Shown piece after piece: positions 11,001 to 23,620 of a stretch of DNA of 64,000 nt (the first letter of the stretch is position 1; the number at the start of each line of letters is the position of its first letter). The notes under the pieces are model-generated. The model was not told the origin of the DNA. It worked only from the letters and a program-made list of their open reading frames with translations, and searched no databases. The stretch is from positions 77,500,001 to 77,564,000 of the forward strand of contig NC_135811.1 of assembly GCF_964213995.1 (NCBI RefSeq), written 5' to 3'. The translations under genes and the position numbers were made by a program. This DNA comes from Mustelus asterias (taxonomy: Eukaryota).

Positions 11001-14000
11001 CATGATCTTACTGAATGGTAGAGCAGGCTAGAGGGGCCGAATGGTCTACTCCTGCTATGATCTTATGAGAAGACTGAAGCTGGTCCTCCGTGCAATGTTT
11101 CTTCCCCAGTCGCTGACACCAACTTCTCCCTGGAAACTAACTGAGGCTGAAGCAGAGATTGCACAAACGTGGCATCATATCTGACCATGAAATGAGTTTC
11201 TGATCACATATCCATGCCTTCAGTAAAACTGCCAACTTCCACCTCTATCATATCTGCTGCCTCCTCGTATTTACTGAAACATTAATCTATACCCTTCTAA
11301 CCTCTGAGTTTGACTATTCCAACACAAATCTGATTGACATTCCACTTTCTCCCCACTGGAAATTTGAAGTTATCTAAATTTGTGATGGCTTTTTCCTAAT
11401 TCGCAACAGCGGTTTTCTGACTACACCTGAGCTCTAGTTAAACAAGGCCTCAATCCTTAAATTCTTGAACTTGTTTTCAAGTCTCCTCCAGGGTCTGTAA
11501 TCATCTCCAGCCTCAAGAAAAATCTGACATATCTGCTCTTCTGTTGTTTTGGCTTCCTTTGTACTCTTGACTTTCATTGTTTCACTATTGGTGGCCCGTA
11601 CCTTCAACTATCAAGATGCTAAGATCAGGAATTCTTTCTGAAAATCTTTGTATCTCTTCAGCTCCCCTTCCTCTTGTGAGACACTCCTGCAAACCTAACT
11701 CTTTCACTAACATTTGGGCATCTGCATAACTTGATGTCAATTTTATTGTATTATGTTCCTGTGAAGCACTTTGGATATTTATTACATTAAAGGTGCTATA
11801 TAAATATAGATTGTTGAGGCTAATGTGTTGTTTCTGAGCCCCCTTTTCATCCCTGCACCCCCCCCCCCCCCCATCACAATCCCCTTCTTGACCCATTTTG
11901 TGAGTCTTCCCCGCCTCAGTGTCCATTTTCTATTCACCCTTCAGACCAGATATATTTTTTCACAAGGATTCAGATTCTATCTCCCCCAGAGGATTATTTC
12001 CCCTTTCCCCTCAATGCAGTTATCCTTCACAAATTAACTCATTTCCTCTGCATCTGACTACCTCTCTCCACAGAGAATTAGTCTCTACCTGATTGTCACT
12101 CTGGGCCTTCTGCTGACCCTTCGTTTTTGTGTCTGATTCTACATCCGTGTTTAATTCAGCCTCTTCACAATGCCAAATTTCTCCTTTCCTCTATCATTCT
12201 TCTCTCCACAATGTGTGGGTTCCCATTTTCTCTAAATCTGATTTTTTCCCGTTCAACGCTGATTTCCCCTTGACTCACGGTTTGATTGCACCTAGCCTCA
12301 GGTTCAGTTTCCCCTCTGTATGATCAGACCCCCACACCCTCCTGTGTTCAGATTCTCCTGTTGTCTTTTGCCAATCACTGTAAGACTCCCCGACCCTCTA
12401 TCTGATTTTTTCAGTTCCCTTGGGCTCTGATTTGTTGGTTCCACTGAAAGTTTCAGTACCCGGAATCGCAAAATGGTTGCTGCACAGAAGGAGGCGATTC
12501 AGCCCATCGTGCTGTGCTGGTTCTCCAAATCAGCAATTTACCTCATGCCACATCCTGGCCTTTTGGCATAGCCCTGTGCATTTGGCTTTTTCAAATGATA
12601 ATCCAATTCCTTCTTAGATGGCTCAATTGATCCTGCCTGTGCTGTGTTCTCAGCCAGCACATTCCAGATTCTACTCACTCACTTTGCCAAAAGGAATTTC
12701 CTCCTGTCACCACAGATCCTCTTATTAGCTTCATTACCTTAAATTTCTATTTACTTGTTCCCAATCCTTCCATCAGTGGGAACAGCATTTTCCCTTTCTA
12801 GCCTAACAGAGAACAAAGAAAATTACAGCACAGGAACAGACCCTTCGGCCCTCCAAGCCTGCACCGACCATGCTGCTCGTCTGAACTAAAAAACCCTGCC
12901 CTTCCGGGGAAGATATCCCTCTATTCCCATCCTATTCATGTATTTGTCAAGGCACATTTGTATTTGTCTATCCTGTTCAAACCCTCATAATTTTGAACAC
13001 CTCTATCAAATTTTCTCTGGACCTTATCTTCTCCAAGGAAAATGGTCCCAATTTACCCAATCTGTCCATGTAACTGACGTTCCTCATCCCGAGAGACATT
13101 CTTGTGAATCTTTCTCTGCATTCTCTCGAAATGCTTTCACAACCTCCCTAAAGTGTGGTGCCCAGAACTGGATGCAATACTCCAGTTGAGACCAAACCAG
13201 CATTCTATACAAGTCTAACATCACCCGCTTGCTTATGTATTCTATACCTCTATTAATAAAGCCTAGGATGTTGTATGATTTATTAACTGCTCTCTCAACC
13301 TATCCTGCCGCTTTTGATGGCTTATGCACATATACACCCTCTACGCCTATACTCGTTTAAAGTGGTATGTTGTGATTGGCATTCTTCCAGCCAAAAGAAT
13401 CACTTCACACTTTTCTGCATTAAATTCCGCCTGCCATTTGTCTGACCACTGCACCGACTTGAGAAGTTGGTGAAGTTTTCCGCTGTCCTCCTCACAATGC
13501 TTCCAAGATTTGTATCATTTGCAAATTCCAAAACTATACCCTGCACACCATCACATCCGTTAACCAGTAATCTCTGCTTCCTGCCACTCGGCCAATTTCA
13601 TATCCACTTTGCTCCTGTCTCTTTTATTCCAAGTGTCATAACTTTGCTCACAGGTCTGTTGTGTGGCACTTTGTCGAAAGACTATTCGAAGTCCATGTCC
13701 AACAGCATTACCCGCGTCAACCAAATCATCAAAAAAACCTCAGCAAGTTAGTGAGACATGGTTTGACCGTGCAGAATTAACCTGAATCCGTCTTAGGGAG
13801 AACTGAATTTCTAGAAACTTCCGTTAAACTCGCTACCTTGTTGCATCTACCTTTACTTCATTTTCTGTATAACATTTGCAATGCTCCAGACCCCGACACC
13901 ATCGAACCTAAGGGACAATTTAAATCACCCAGTCTGTGAAATCGCATGGTAATTCTGTTATTAGAGAAGAGGCGGTAAAGTTGACCCAGGTATATGCAGA

Positions 14001-14276
14001 TAAACACTGATAAATACTGGAGACTTTTTGTTTATTAAATGGATAGAAATTACAAGCCCAAATTTATTTCTCTCCTGATCTGCCTTGGAAAACAAACAGA
14101 CCCAATCTGATTCGAATCCCACTCTGGGTGCAGTTTCAACTCACCATTCGATTGAGTTTGCTGAGTGTGTGTTTGTTGAGAACTTGATGTAACTGCAGCC
14201 TCTCGCAGCCCAGACTGAGGGTCCCGGACAAGAAGAGCGACACCATCCAAAATCTCCAAATCCTCGCCAAAGCCAT
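5014..14276 (-). CDS. Type I interferon gene 1 (divergent paralog), 4 coding exons, 186 aa
   Basis: Exons: 14145-14276 ([44 protein letters not shown]|gtgag), 9104-9193 ([30 protein letters not shown]), 5225-5464 (TQDRIQ...[33 protein letters not shown]), 5014-5112 ([32 protein letters not shown]). All introns GT-AG, phase 0. Signal peptide, 4 Cys and CAWE motif are type I IFN hallmarks. Joining the 14.1-kb exon 1 to exon 2 is inferred. Confidence 0.85.
5610..5870 (+). mobile_element. V-SINE-related SINE
   Basis: tRNA head plus V-domain, with a different 3' tail. Confidence 0.7.
6192..7343. mobile_element. GC-rich non-autonomous DNA transposon (MITE-like) nested in a Deu-SINE-like repeat
   Basis: Terminal inverted repeats ggccacaattcttcc ... 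gggagaattgcggcc. The flanks (about 6095-6191 and 7344-7590) join into one SINE-like sequence. Confidence 0.6.
7693..8015 (-). mobile_element. V-SINE (HE1-like)
   Basis: Full-length reverse copy: tail, V-domain, tRNA head. Confidence 0.85.
8286..8780. mobile_element. Inverted pair of Penelope terminal repeats in gene 1 intron 2
   Basis: About 8286-8515 is the near-perfect reverse complement of about 8521-8746. Hammerhead motifs at 8342-8380 (-) and 8654-8692 (+). Confidence 0.85.
9317..9368 (-). pseudogene. Degenerate proximal exon 1 of IFN gene 1
   Basis: ATG CCT TTG GCG AGT ... CTG AGC AAA resembles both ends of the 132-nt exon 1, with the signal-peptide core missing. The only candidate donor (G|gtgcgt) is phase 1. 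It is followed by the same 5'UTR/promoter-A sequence as in the other genes. Confidence 0.7.
9497..9935. repeat. Degenerate (GT/CT)n microsatellite
   Basis: About 440 bp of low-complexity TG/TC sequence. Confidence 0.9.
10700..11070 (+). mobile_element. CR1 LINE 3' end
   Basis: Degenerate RGHSLKIRR...RRNF motif plus CR1-type 3'UTR. Confidence 0.7.
11150..11820 (+). mobile_element. Old L2-like LINE 3' fragment
   Basis: gactattccaac... and terminal tgtgaagcactttgg...aaggtgctatataaat resemble L2 3' ends. Confidence 0.55.
12460..13760 (-). mobile_element. Degenerate CR1 LINE fragments (with a nested CR1 tail near 12805-12950)
   Basis: Reverse strand encodes [11 protein letters not shown]-type RT C-terminal motifs. 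Confidence 0.7.
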
Positions 14277-15214
14277 GACCGACCGAGTCAGAGGGAAAGC
14301 CCGATGTGGAAGAGGAGAAACCGGCGGCTTTGGTGGTTCAGCGGCGAGAACGGTTCTTGCGAAGAGAATTCAAGTCGGGAAGTGGATCCGGGAGCGAGCG
14401 CCTGTGTTGCCGAATGGTGTGAGTGTGGATTCTGCTGCGAGCTGGCACAGGCACTGCCAGGCTGCCCGCTTTAATGTGTGCCTATTACATTGCAAAAGTG
14501 AAAATGGGCTGCAGGAGTTTTGGGAGAGCTGCGGGAGATCAATAGTTTGTGCGGTTTCTGTGTGAGGTCAGGAATGGGAAAGCTGGAGACTCCCGAGGCA
14601 GCGAGTGAGAAATCCCCGGGAGAAAATCACAAGCAGCGCTCGGTTGCAGCTCAGTGTTGTGTGCGCTTCACATCACCCGGGGGGGCACTAAGGTACTGCA
14701 TAGGTGGGCTCTGTATTGGGGGGCAGTGTGGACATGGATTGGGGGCTGCATTTGACCATCCGGATGATAGAGACACCGAGAGCGGCGCCTTTTAGTGCGG
14801 ACATTCGGCCCCATTCCCTCTGCTATCCCCGCTGTGTTCACATCGCGTTTGCCGTGTTCACACTTCCCAGCTTGAACATTGCAGAGAGACCGGCTCAGAG
14901 CCCAGGCTCGCCGCTTAATGGAGACTGACTCCGCTCCCATTGAGCTGCCCCACAATCTGCTCTTTAACTGCAAGAAGTAGCTCATTTCTCGCTTCTTTTC
15001 TGCAGCCATTTCCAGACTCTGACTGAGAGAATATTGAATCTGTTCCGATTCTTTTCGCCCCGTTTGTGCCGAAAGCGAAGTGCCTCAGGGAAAGTGAGGC
15101 GTTTTGTCGTTTCCGACAGTGGGGAGAGTTTGTGAAGAGAGCGGCTCAGACTGAGAGGGCTGAGGGGAGGGGCTGCCAAGGGGGTTCTGATATTCGTATT
15201 TATCCCCGCTTTCA

Positions 15215-15780
15215 ACAGGCAATAAGATATAGGGGCAGAATTAGGCCATTTGGCCCATCGAGTCCGCTTCGCCATTCGATCATGGCTGATATGCTCCTCA
15301 ACTACCATTTTCCTACCTTCTCCCCTAACTCTTCAACCCATTACCAATTAAAAATCTGTCTAACTCCTCCTTAAATTTACTCACTGTCCCAACATCCACC
15401 GCACTTTGGGGTAGCACATTCCACAGATTCACAACCCTTTGGGAGAAGTAGTTTCTCCTCTACTCAGTTTTAAACTTGCTACCCCTTATCCTAAATCTAT
15501 GACCTTCCGTCCTAGAATGCCCCACAAGAGGAAGCATCCGCTCCACGTCTACTTTATCCACACCTTTTATCATCTTGTATACCTCAATTTTCTAATCTCA
15601 TTCTTCTAAATTCCAGAGAGTATCGGCCTAAACTATTCAATCTCTCTTCATACGACAAGCCCCTCATCTGTGGAATCAATCTAGTGAACCTCCTCTGAAC
15701 TTTCCTCAAATGAGGGGACCAAAACTGTGCACAATACTCCAGATGCAACCTCACTGATGCCTTCTATAGTTTCAACAATA
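15215..15780 (-). mobile_element. CR1 LINE 3' fragment (copies at about 35560-36150 and 54790-55380)
   Basis: LSYEERL...GVDKVD...HRFRIRGSKFKT motifs. Confidence 0.8.
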
Positions 15781-15902
15781 CTTCCTTACATTATATTCTA
15801 TTCCTTTAGCTATAAAGGCACCGAATCCCTGTCAGATGGAACTCGGATCCAAATCTTCAGTCCGGGTGTAGGTGGGAGTGCGATCCCACAGCACCAACAG
15901 TC

Positions 15903-16208
15903 TCATAGGATCCTAGAGTGCAGAAGGAGGCTATTCGGCCCATTGAGTCTGCACCGACCACAATGCCGTAGTCCTACATATTTACCCTGCTACTCGCCCT
16001 GACACTAGGGTCAATTTATCACAGCCAATCCACCTAACCTGCATATCTTTCGACTGTGAGAGGAAACTGGGGAACCCAAAGGAAACCCAAGCCGATGTGG
16101 GAAGAATGTGCAAACTCCACACAGACAGTGATCCAAGGCTGGAATTGAACCCGTGTCCCTGGCGCTGTGAGGCAGCAGTGCTAACCACTGTGCCACCTTG
16201 TTGCCCCT
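15903..16208 (-). mobile_element. V-SINE (copies at about 26491-26805, 36272-36577, 45289-45603, 55496-55800)
   Basis: Reverse SINE, duplicated with the array unit. Confidence 0.8.
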
Positions 16209-16211
16209 TTC

Positions 16212-16880
16212 TGTAAGAGGTTTAACAACACCAGGTTAAAGTCCAACAGGTTTATTTGGTAGCAAAAGCCACAAGCTTTTGGAGCCTTAAGCCCCTTCCT
16301 CAGGTGAATGGGAATTCTGTTCACAAACAGGGCAGAGAAAGACACAAACTCAATTTACAGAATAATGGTTGGAATGCGAATACTTACAGCTAATCAAGTC
16401 TTTAAGATACAAACAATGTGAGTGGAGAGAGCATCAAGACAGGCTAAAGAGATGTGTATTGTCTCCAGACAGGACAGCCAGTGAGACTCTGCAGGCCCAG
16501 GCAAGCTGTGGGGATTACAGATAGTGTGACATGAACCCAATGTCCCGGTTGAGGCAGTCCTCATGTGTGCGGAATTTGGCTATCAGTTTCTGCTCAGCGA
16601 CTCTGCGCCGTCGTGTGTCATGAAGGCCGCCTTGGAGAACGCTTACCCGAATATCAGAGGCCGAGTGCCCGTGACCGCTGAAGTGCTCCTCAACAGGAAG
16701 AGAGCAGTCTTGCCTGGTGATTGTCGAGCGGTGTTCATTCATCTGTTGTCGCAGCGTCTGCATGGTTTCCCCAATGTACCATGCGTCGGGACATCCTTTC
16801 CTGCAGCGTATCAGGTAGACAACGTTGGCCGAGTTGCAAGAGTATGTAACGTGTACCTGTTGGATGGTGTTCTCACGTGA
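16212..16880 (-). mobile_element. Penelope-like 3' fragment (copies at about 36580-37240 and 55805-56454)
   Basis: GIY-YIG C-terminus MQTLRQQMNEHR...; hammerhead core mutated (GAAA lost). Confidence 0.85.
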
Positions 16881-17689
16881 GTATGTAATTGGGTGCAGAT
16901 TAACTCATTCACAGATGTCTGTTGACCCAAACCATAGATATTTTAATGAACTTATCAGTTTACCCTCTGTTAGAATCCTGCTTTAAAATGCCAGAAAATG
17001 ACCTTTAAAAAGACAGGTCCATTTTCTGGTGAATCTGGGGTGCGATATTTATTTTCTTTTCAAATTCAAAAGTGACATTGCCAATCACTTTTTCACAGGT
17101 CTATTGCTATCTTCACACCAAAATGGCTCAATTTTGTTTCTGGAGCCTTATTGAAGGACTGTAAACAATTTCGATGGTGAATAATTTACCCTGGGGTGAG
17201 GCCAATTTCGTGTTGGCCCATTTTTCAGTGTAATTGTTTTGCCAAAAGGCTTACATCCATGTGACACCCTCACTGGTCACAAAATATCTCAAAGCATTTG
17301 ACTGCTGATGGAGTGCCTTTGAGGTACATTGACTATTGTAATATAGGAAACACTTGAGCCAATTTGTGCTTCATCCTCCCACAAACAGCACTCTGATAAC
17401 GGACAGAGAACCTGGTTTAATGATATTGATTGTGGGTAATTATCAGGTTGGCAATCCGGAATTAGTGGAATGCTCCTCCTTCTTGTGTTCTTTTGTAATG
17501 CAATCATTATTTAACATGCAGATTTCCAGAAGGTGTAAACCATGATACCACATGAGAGATTTTCATCCTCACGTTCCACATGTTCTCTTTCCTACCCAGA
17601 GACTGATGTCTACTCAGCTCATTGACTGATTTCCCAATCTGTACTCTGCCGCGTTTTAAAACTCTGTTCACATGGGCTGTTCACATGTT

Positions 17690-18310
17690 CATTAAAAGAA
17701 CATTGAATACAGGAGTTGGGACATCTTGTTGAAGCTGTGCAAGACATTGGTAAGGCCACACTTGGAATACTGTGTGCAATTCTGGTCACCCTATTATAGA
17801 AAGGATATTATTAAACTAGAAAGAGTGCAGAAAAGATTTACTAGGATGCTACTGGGACTTGATGGATTGAGTTATAAGGAGAGGCTGAATAGACAGGGAC
17901 GTTTTTCTCTGGAGCATGAGAGGCTGAGGGGTGACCTTATAGAGGTCTATAAAATAATGAGGGGCACAGACAAGGTAGATAGTCAATATCGTTTCCCAAA
18001 TGTAGGGGTGTCTAAAACTAGAGGACATAGGTTTAAAGTGAGAGGGGAGAGATACAAAAGTGTCCAAGGAGCAATTTATGCACGCAGAGGGTAGTGAGTG
18101 TCTGGAACAAGCTGCCAGAGGTAGTAGTAGAGGCGGGTACAAATTTATCTTTTAAAAAGCATTTAGATAATTACATGGGTACGATGGGTATAGAGGGATA
18201 TGGGCCCAATGCGGGCAATTGGGGTTTGAAAAAAAAGGGCGGCATGACAAGTTGAGCCAAAGGGCCTGTTTCCATGCTGTAAACCTCTATGACTCTGTGA
18301 CTCTATGCGT
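17690..18310 (+). mobile_element. CR1 LINE 3' fragment (copies at about 38350-38945 and 57370-57965)
   Basis: LVRPHLEYCVQFWSP...LERVQKRFTRM; (ctatgact)n tail. Confidence 0.88.
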
Positions 18311-18566
18311 TGAATGTCACGGGAATGGTCGGTGTTTGTTGCCCATCCCTAATTGCCCTTAAAGGAGATAGCATGCTAGTCCACTTTAGAGGGCAGTTAA
18401 AAGGTAATCACATTACTGTGTTCTGCAGCCACGTGTCGGCCAGAACAGGAATGGAGGGCAGATTTCCTTTCCTTACAGACATGAGTGAATCAGATGGGGT
18501 TTTCGGGCAAATTCACAGAAATGAAAAAGAAACATAATTTCAACAAATGTGTATTACAAAAAACAA

Positions 18567-19117
18567 TTTATTGTCAATATTAAATCCATAAAAACATGGT
18601 CTCATTCAGTATAAAAATTCCCAACGTGGAAAAACATTGTCTGTTCCATAACTCTGAATAAATATCAATAACTTAACATTTTTAAACTCAATTTGCACAT
18701 TGTGGAAACTGTCACATTTTGTTACACAAAGACATCACAACAATAAATATCAATAAATTAGGGGAGCTGAAATTGGTTGAAATGTTGTCCATTTAGGAGG
18801 GTAGAAATGGAAAGGTCAGCGTGGCTCTGGGTTTAATGTTCTGCAAACCCACTTCCTGAAAGCCTGACAGTACATTCCAAATCAGACTCTCCACACACTG
18901 AAAATGTAACGTTGCATCAGAGGAAAATAACACAGCCGTAAATACCAATAAATAAAAAATAAATAAAAATAAATAACCCAACAAGTCATCCATTGTTCTC
19001 TCATCATTAAAGCAAAGTACAAAATTCATTGCAAATATCCATAAATAAATATAGTTTTAAATGAAAATTCTTTAAAATAAATATTCATTGTTCCCAGTCT
19101 GTAATAGAAAAGTTTTT
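18567..19117 (-). promoter_or_regulatory. 3'UTR of gene 2 with AU-rich elements and poly(A) signal (repeated in genes 3-6)
   Basis: Clustered ATTTA/TTATTTATT on the minus strand at about 18945-19050; AATAAA on the minus strand at 18567-18572. Confidence 0.7.
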
Positions 19118-21917
19118 TCACTTTCTTCTCCTGATTTGTGCCATTACGGAAGTCATCTGTTGTAATCGGGCCCTGGTCTCAGTGCGGATTATTTCCCAGG
19201 CACATTCACTGAATTTCTGAAAAAGAAAATTATTCAGAAAGTTGGATTACAGAATGAATAGATTCCAAAGGGGTGAATTAATGTACATGCCAATAACTAC
19301 ACAGTCAATCATCAATAGTCCTACCTCCTGATTGAGAAACTTTTCCAGCTTCCTGAAGTAATTGTGAATGGTGAAGTTTCTCCTCATCTTGTGCTCTGAC
19401 TCCCGTTTCTTGACACATTCTTCCAGCTCACTGAGCTGCCGATCCAGGATCAGCCGGAAATGTTCCACCTTGTCTCGGGCCCATGTGACTGAGCCCAGAT
19501 TCATGCTGTAGATCTTGTTGATGTGTCGCAGAGTTTGATGGACAATCTGGATCCTGTCCTGTGTCTATACAAAATATACACAATGTCATGAGAGAGATTC
19601 CATTCCCCATAAGGCATAGTATGATATAGGCCATGAACAAATAAGGCTAAAAATGTTCAAATGGAAAATGTTCACCTTCAGCGACTTAAAACAGCATCAG
19701 GCATATGTATATTGAAATCAAACATTGCTATTTCTACCTACATAGCATGTGGGCATCACCGGCAAAGCCAGAATTTGTTGCTCACCCTAATTGTATTTGA
19801 CATGAATATTTCAGGTAATATTTAAGAGTCAACCACATGATTGTGGGTTTGCAGTCACTTGTAGGCGAGACCGAGTAAGGAGAGCAAGTTTTCTTTCCTT
19901 AAAGGTCATTAATGAACCACATGGATCTTTACAAGAATCTATGGCAGTCCCATTGCTGAGATTAGCTGTATTTCCAGATTTATGAATTGAGCATGAATTT
20001 GACTGGCTGCCCTGGTGGAAATTGAACAAAAGTTCCCAGAGCATAACACTAGGCCTCAGGATTATTAGTCCAGTGGCATGAGCACTGTGCCACTATTACC
20101 TCCTAAATATTATTGGGTCAATAATAATTGCAAATAACCAATGGGAGTTTTTAAAAATTGGAGATGTTTTGGATACAAACTGGACTCCTTTCGATGAAGC
20201 AGAGAGGCCCGAGGTCATCCGATTTACAATAAAATTTAGACTCTTTGTTCAGTATAGAACCAAGCTGAATGCAGACGATACACACCAAAATTATCAAAAG
20301 AAATGAAGGGTGTATACGATGCATGAGAATTAATGCCAGGTATCGTAAAGGTAAAGCTAAAAATGGGTCATAAGAATAGAAAGAATGTGGAGATGCCGGT
20401 ATTGGACAAGGGAGGAGAAGATACGAGTCCAAGGTGTTTATTTGAAAACCGTAATTTGAATTTGGCTCCAGTTGAGAAGGAGATGCTTCAAATGTTACAG
20501 TAAAGGGAGAAGTAGTAAAGAAATTGGATGGGATAAAACTCGATAAAAAGGGGGTATCACTGTCGCGGTGAAACAGGGAATGTTGCTGGTTGTCCTCAAT
20601 GCACCTGTCAAAAGTCCAGGATCAAAGAGGGACGACATTTCTCAGGTGAGTAAGACTTGGATGGAAGTCCTGGAGAGGTGAGGATTGTAGGAGATATGGG
20701 AAATTGGTCAGAAGCATAAGGTTGTTGTTCTTCCATCACATCTTGCACTGCAATGATGCCGGGTCACTTGACCAGTCCAGTACTGCCTTTGAATGAGAGA
20801 CATACCCACAATTCCACCTGACCCCACCGACAATACTAGCAACCTGGAAGCAAACCGACAACATGACTTTCTGGATTCCCACTTGCCGAATTCCCTGATT
20901 CCTACTGGTTGTGTAAAGATGTCAGTGGGGATAAGTCCCTTATATGGGCATTAAATCTGTGTCTCCAAGACCCTCCAACATCAGTTAATGGGAACAGTTT
21001 TCTCTTGACTGCATTTCGGAAACAGCCATAATCCTGAAATATTCTGCACTCAGGCTGTTTCCCAAACATGTAATGTACATTGTTAACTCAAGGGATATTT
21101 CAATTCCATTGAGTCACATAAGAGTCACATAAGAGTCACACGCTGCATGGAGGCATGTTGAATTTCATTGCACTTTCTGTCATTTTGAAGTTGAAATGTT
21201 TTGTAATACTCTTCTGCAAATGTTATGAACAATTCATATTTTTGTGGTGAAAGTTAGTGATCAGAAGAATGAAAGTGTAAGGGACAGGGAGATACAGAAA
21301 ATACAATAGTTCGCGGGCATCTGATCATTCGAACAAGAGGGCTTATTGGAGAGGAAGGAATGGTTAGAGGGACGGATATAATTTCAGGGGGTTCGAGAAA
21401 GAGATAGTAAGTGCGGTAACAGTGAAATTACGGAGTGAGTTAGATACAGAGTGAAATACAATGACAGAGAATTCTGCCATTGTCACAATGGGTGGAAATC
21501 ACACGATTGAAAATTCTTGCAGTTGCCAGTTCCGATCAGATTGTTGATCTAACTTTCTATAAAACCTCTGTCTAAATAAAATGAACCGAGATTTTACTCA
21601 CCTCTAATCCCTTCGAAAGTTTCACCAGGTCCAAGGGCTTGGATTTCAGGAAGTGTCTCTGTTTTATGCAGTGTTGGGGAAAGGAGCCACCCTGAGAGGA
21701 GAAAAAATATAATTAATTATAAATCCCCAGAAATGTCTCCTGATTTGACATTTCACACGCTGCTCAGAATGCAGCTTTAACTCACCATTTGATTGAGTTT
21801 GCTGAGTGTGTGTGTGTTAAGAACTTGCTGTAACTGCAGCCTCTCACAACCCAGACTGAGGGTCCCGCACAAGAAGAGCGACACGATCCAAAATCTCCAA
21901 ATACTCGCCAATGCCAT
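19118..21917 (-). CDS. Type I interferon gene 2 (array, flank type A), 186 aa
   Basis: Exons 21786-21917, 21602-21691 (GGSFPQHCIKQRHFLKSKPLDLVKLSKGLE), 19325-19564, 19118-19216 ([32 protein letters not shown]). Intact GT-AG phase-0 junctions. Confidence 0.93.
19740..20100 (-). mobile_element. Degenerate Deu-SINE-like repeat in intron 2 (present in genes 2-6)
   Basis: taagagtcaaccacat...gtaggccagacc...ttccttaaagg...gaaccagatgg resembles the Deu domain. Confidence 0.5.
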
Positions 21918-22345
21918 GACCGACCGAGTCAGAGTGAAACCCCCGAACTGAGGATAAGACACCGGCCGGATCCGGCTTCAACTCCGAACAATTATTTTCA
22001 AACGAATGAAAATCTAAATAGTTCCGCTTCTGAACCCCGAGTGAACCGCTGAGCTGTTCAGTTCTCTTTCCGTGTGTCTGTCCCTCTCTCTCTGTGTATC
22101 CGTGTATATATGTGGACTGTGCTGGGAGGGACTGTCCCTGCCATGCTGTCGCAGGGGCTGGCGATTACATTGGAAAAGCGAAATCTGGTAGCGGGAGTTT
22201 TGGAAGTTCTTTAGGAGAGGAATAATTAATCTGCTCCCTGTCTGAGGTAAGGAATCGGAAAGCTGGAGTTTCCGGAACCAGGGACTGGAAGATCCCCGAG
22301 AGAAAACTCACAAACAGCGCTCGGTTCCAGCTCAAAGTTCCAACA
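21918..22345 (-). promoter_or_regulatory. Proximal promoter A of gene 2 (homologs near 9.4-10.2, 23.6-24.05, 32.8-33.2, 42.55-42.97, 52.0-52.4, 61.6-62.0 kb)
   Basis: TATATA about 22105-22111; IRF-E-like GAAAAGCGAAA 22173-22183; kB-like GGGATCTTCC (minus strand, 22287-22296) and TGGAGTTTCC 22264-22273. Motif calls only. Confidence 0.65.
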
Positions 22346-22569
22346 ATCGGAATCAATATTATTAATATCCATTTTGTAAAAACAGATTATTGCCTTTAAA
22401 TTGATCGGATTCACATTAAGGGGACAAGAAAAGTTGCGGTTGGTCAGATGGTTGGATTTTGAGGCTGTTCTTCTTGAGTTCTCTGTCCGAAGGCGGGCCC
22501 AACCCATTTTCCCACAAGAGCTCCATAAGATGATCATTACATTCAGAAATGACACTCAATGTACCCGTG

Positions 22570-23290
22570 ACACAGGTAAACTCTCCCTCCTCCTTGTCGC
22601 TCTGTCCGCAGCCTTTGACATGGGCGCGCAGACCCTCATCATTCAACTCTCTCCCCCACGGTGCAACTGATGGGGAGAACTCTCTCTGCCTCCCATTCTT
22701 ACTGAAGTCATTGTACCCTGAGAATATCCAGAATCGCATCTTTTCTCCCCCACACTCCACCACGCACCTCACCTTTCATCCTCTGCTGCCCATGAGGATC
22801 TCTCCCTGCTCCCTTTTCTAATTCTCATCTCCCAGCTGCCCCATGGGGACATCACTCACCATTTACCCATCACCCCTGTGCTGGTTGAATTATGTTGGCT
22901 CCTGCTTCAGGAATGCCTTGATTTTAAAAATCTCACCCTCATTTTCAAACTCCGCCAGTCCCTCATCCCTCCCTATCTCTGTAATCACCTCCAGCCGCGA
23001 ATCCCTACGAGATATCTGCTCTGCTCCAATTCTGGCCTCTCCAGAATTCCCCATTTTAATTCAACCAACCTGGGTGGTGCCTCTTCAGCTGCTCAACACT
23101 CAACCTCTGTAATTTCTGCCCTAAACTTCTCCGCCTCCCTTTACCCCATTAAAACGCTCCTTAAAATCAACTTCATTCATCAAGTTACTGCTCACCTGCC
23201 TCAATATCTCCTCGTCTGACTGACTACCAATGTTTCTGGATAACACGCCTGTGAATCACTTTGAACCATCAATCTCTCTCTATAATGATG
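22570..23290 (+). mobile_element. Old L2-like remnant between proximal and distal exon 1 (in each unit)
   Basis: LSLLLVALSAAFD resembles the L2 RT motif LLLDLSAAFD; an L2-like 3' region follows. Confidence 0.55.
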
Positions 23291-23488
23291 AGTGCTTGTT
23301 ACTGATGGGCTGTCTCTGGTTTCCCCTCTCTCAGGCTCACATTCCCCTTTATCCGTCACTCAGTCCCCTTCTCCTCAATTTCTGCTTTCTATTTCTCTCT
23401 CAGATCAGAGTTGCTCCTCAAAACAGATTCAGATTCAATCTCTCCCGGTCCCTCTCTCCCCTCAATATCATTCCCAGTTCCAACTCAC

Positions 23489-23620
23489 CATTTGATTGAG
23501 TTTGCTGAGTGTGTGTTTGTTGAGAACTTGCTGTAACTGCAGCCTCTCACAGCCCAGACTGAGGGTCCCGGACAAGAAGAGCGACACCATCCAAAATCTC
23601 CAAATCCTCGCCAAAGCCAT
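23489..23620 (-). CDS. Extra (third) exon 1 copy of IFN gene 2, with promoter type A
   Basis: 132 nt, ATG...ATG|gtgag, intact signal peptide. No exon 2 follows it directly; it lies in a 1.7-kb duplicated block. Confidence 0.75.

Noticed and set aside
16265-16310. Hammerheads in the array's Penelope copies (also near 36640 and 55850)
   Set aside because: The catalytic GAAA is mutated.
19428-19640. Recurrent ...[11 protein letters not shown]... ORF
   Set aside because: Shifted frame of exon 3 starting in the intron; it recurs only because the unit is duplicated.
22226-23499. Recurrent ORFs between the exon 1 copies (MSFLNV..., MGTSLT..., MLVELC...)
   Set aside because: Lengths and frames vary among copies and they overlap an L2 remnant; there is no coding signature.
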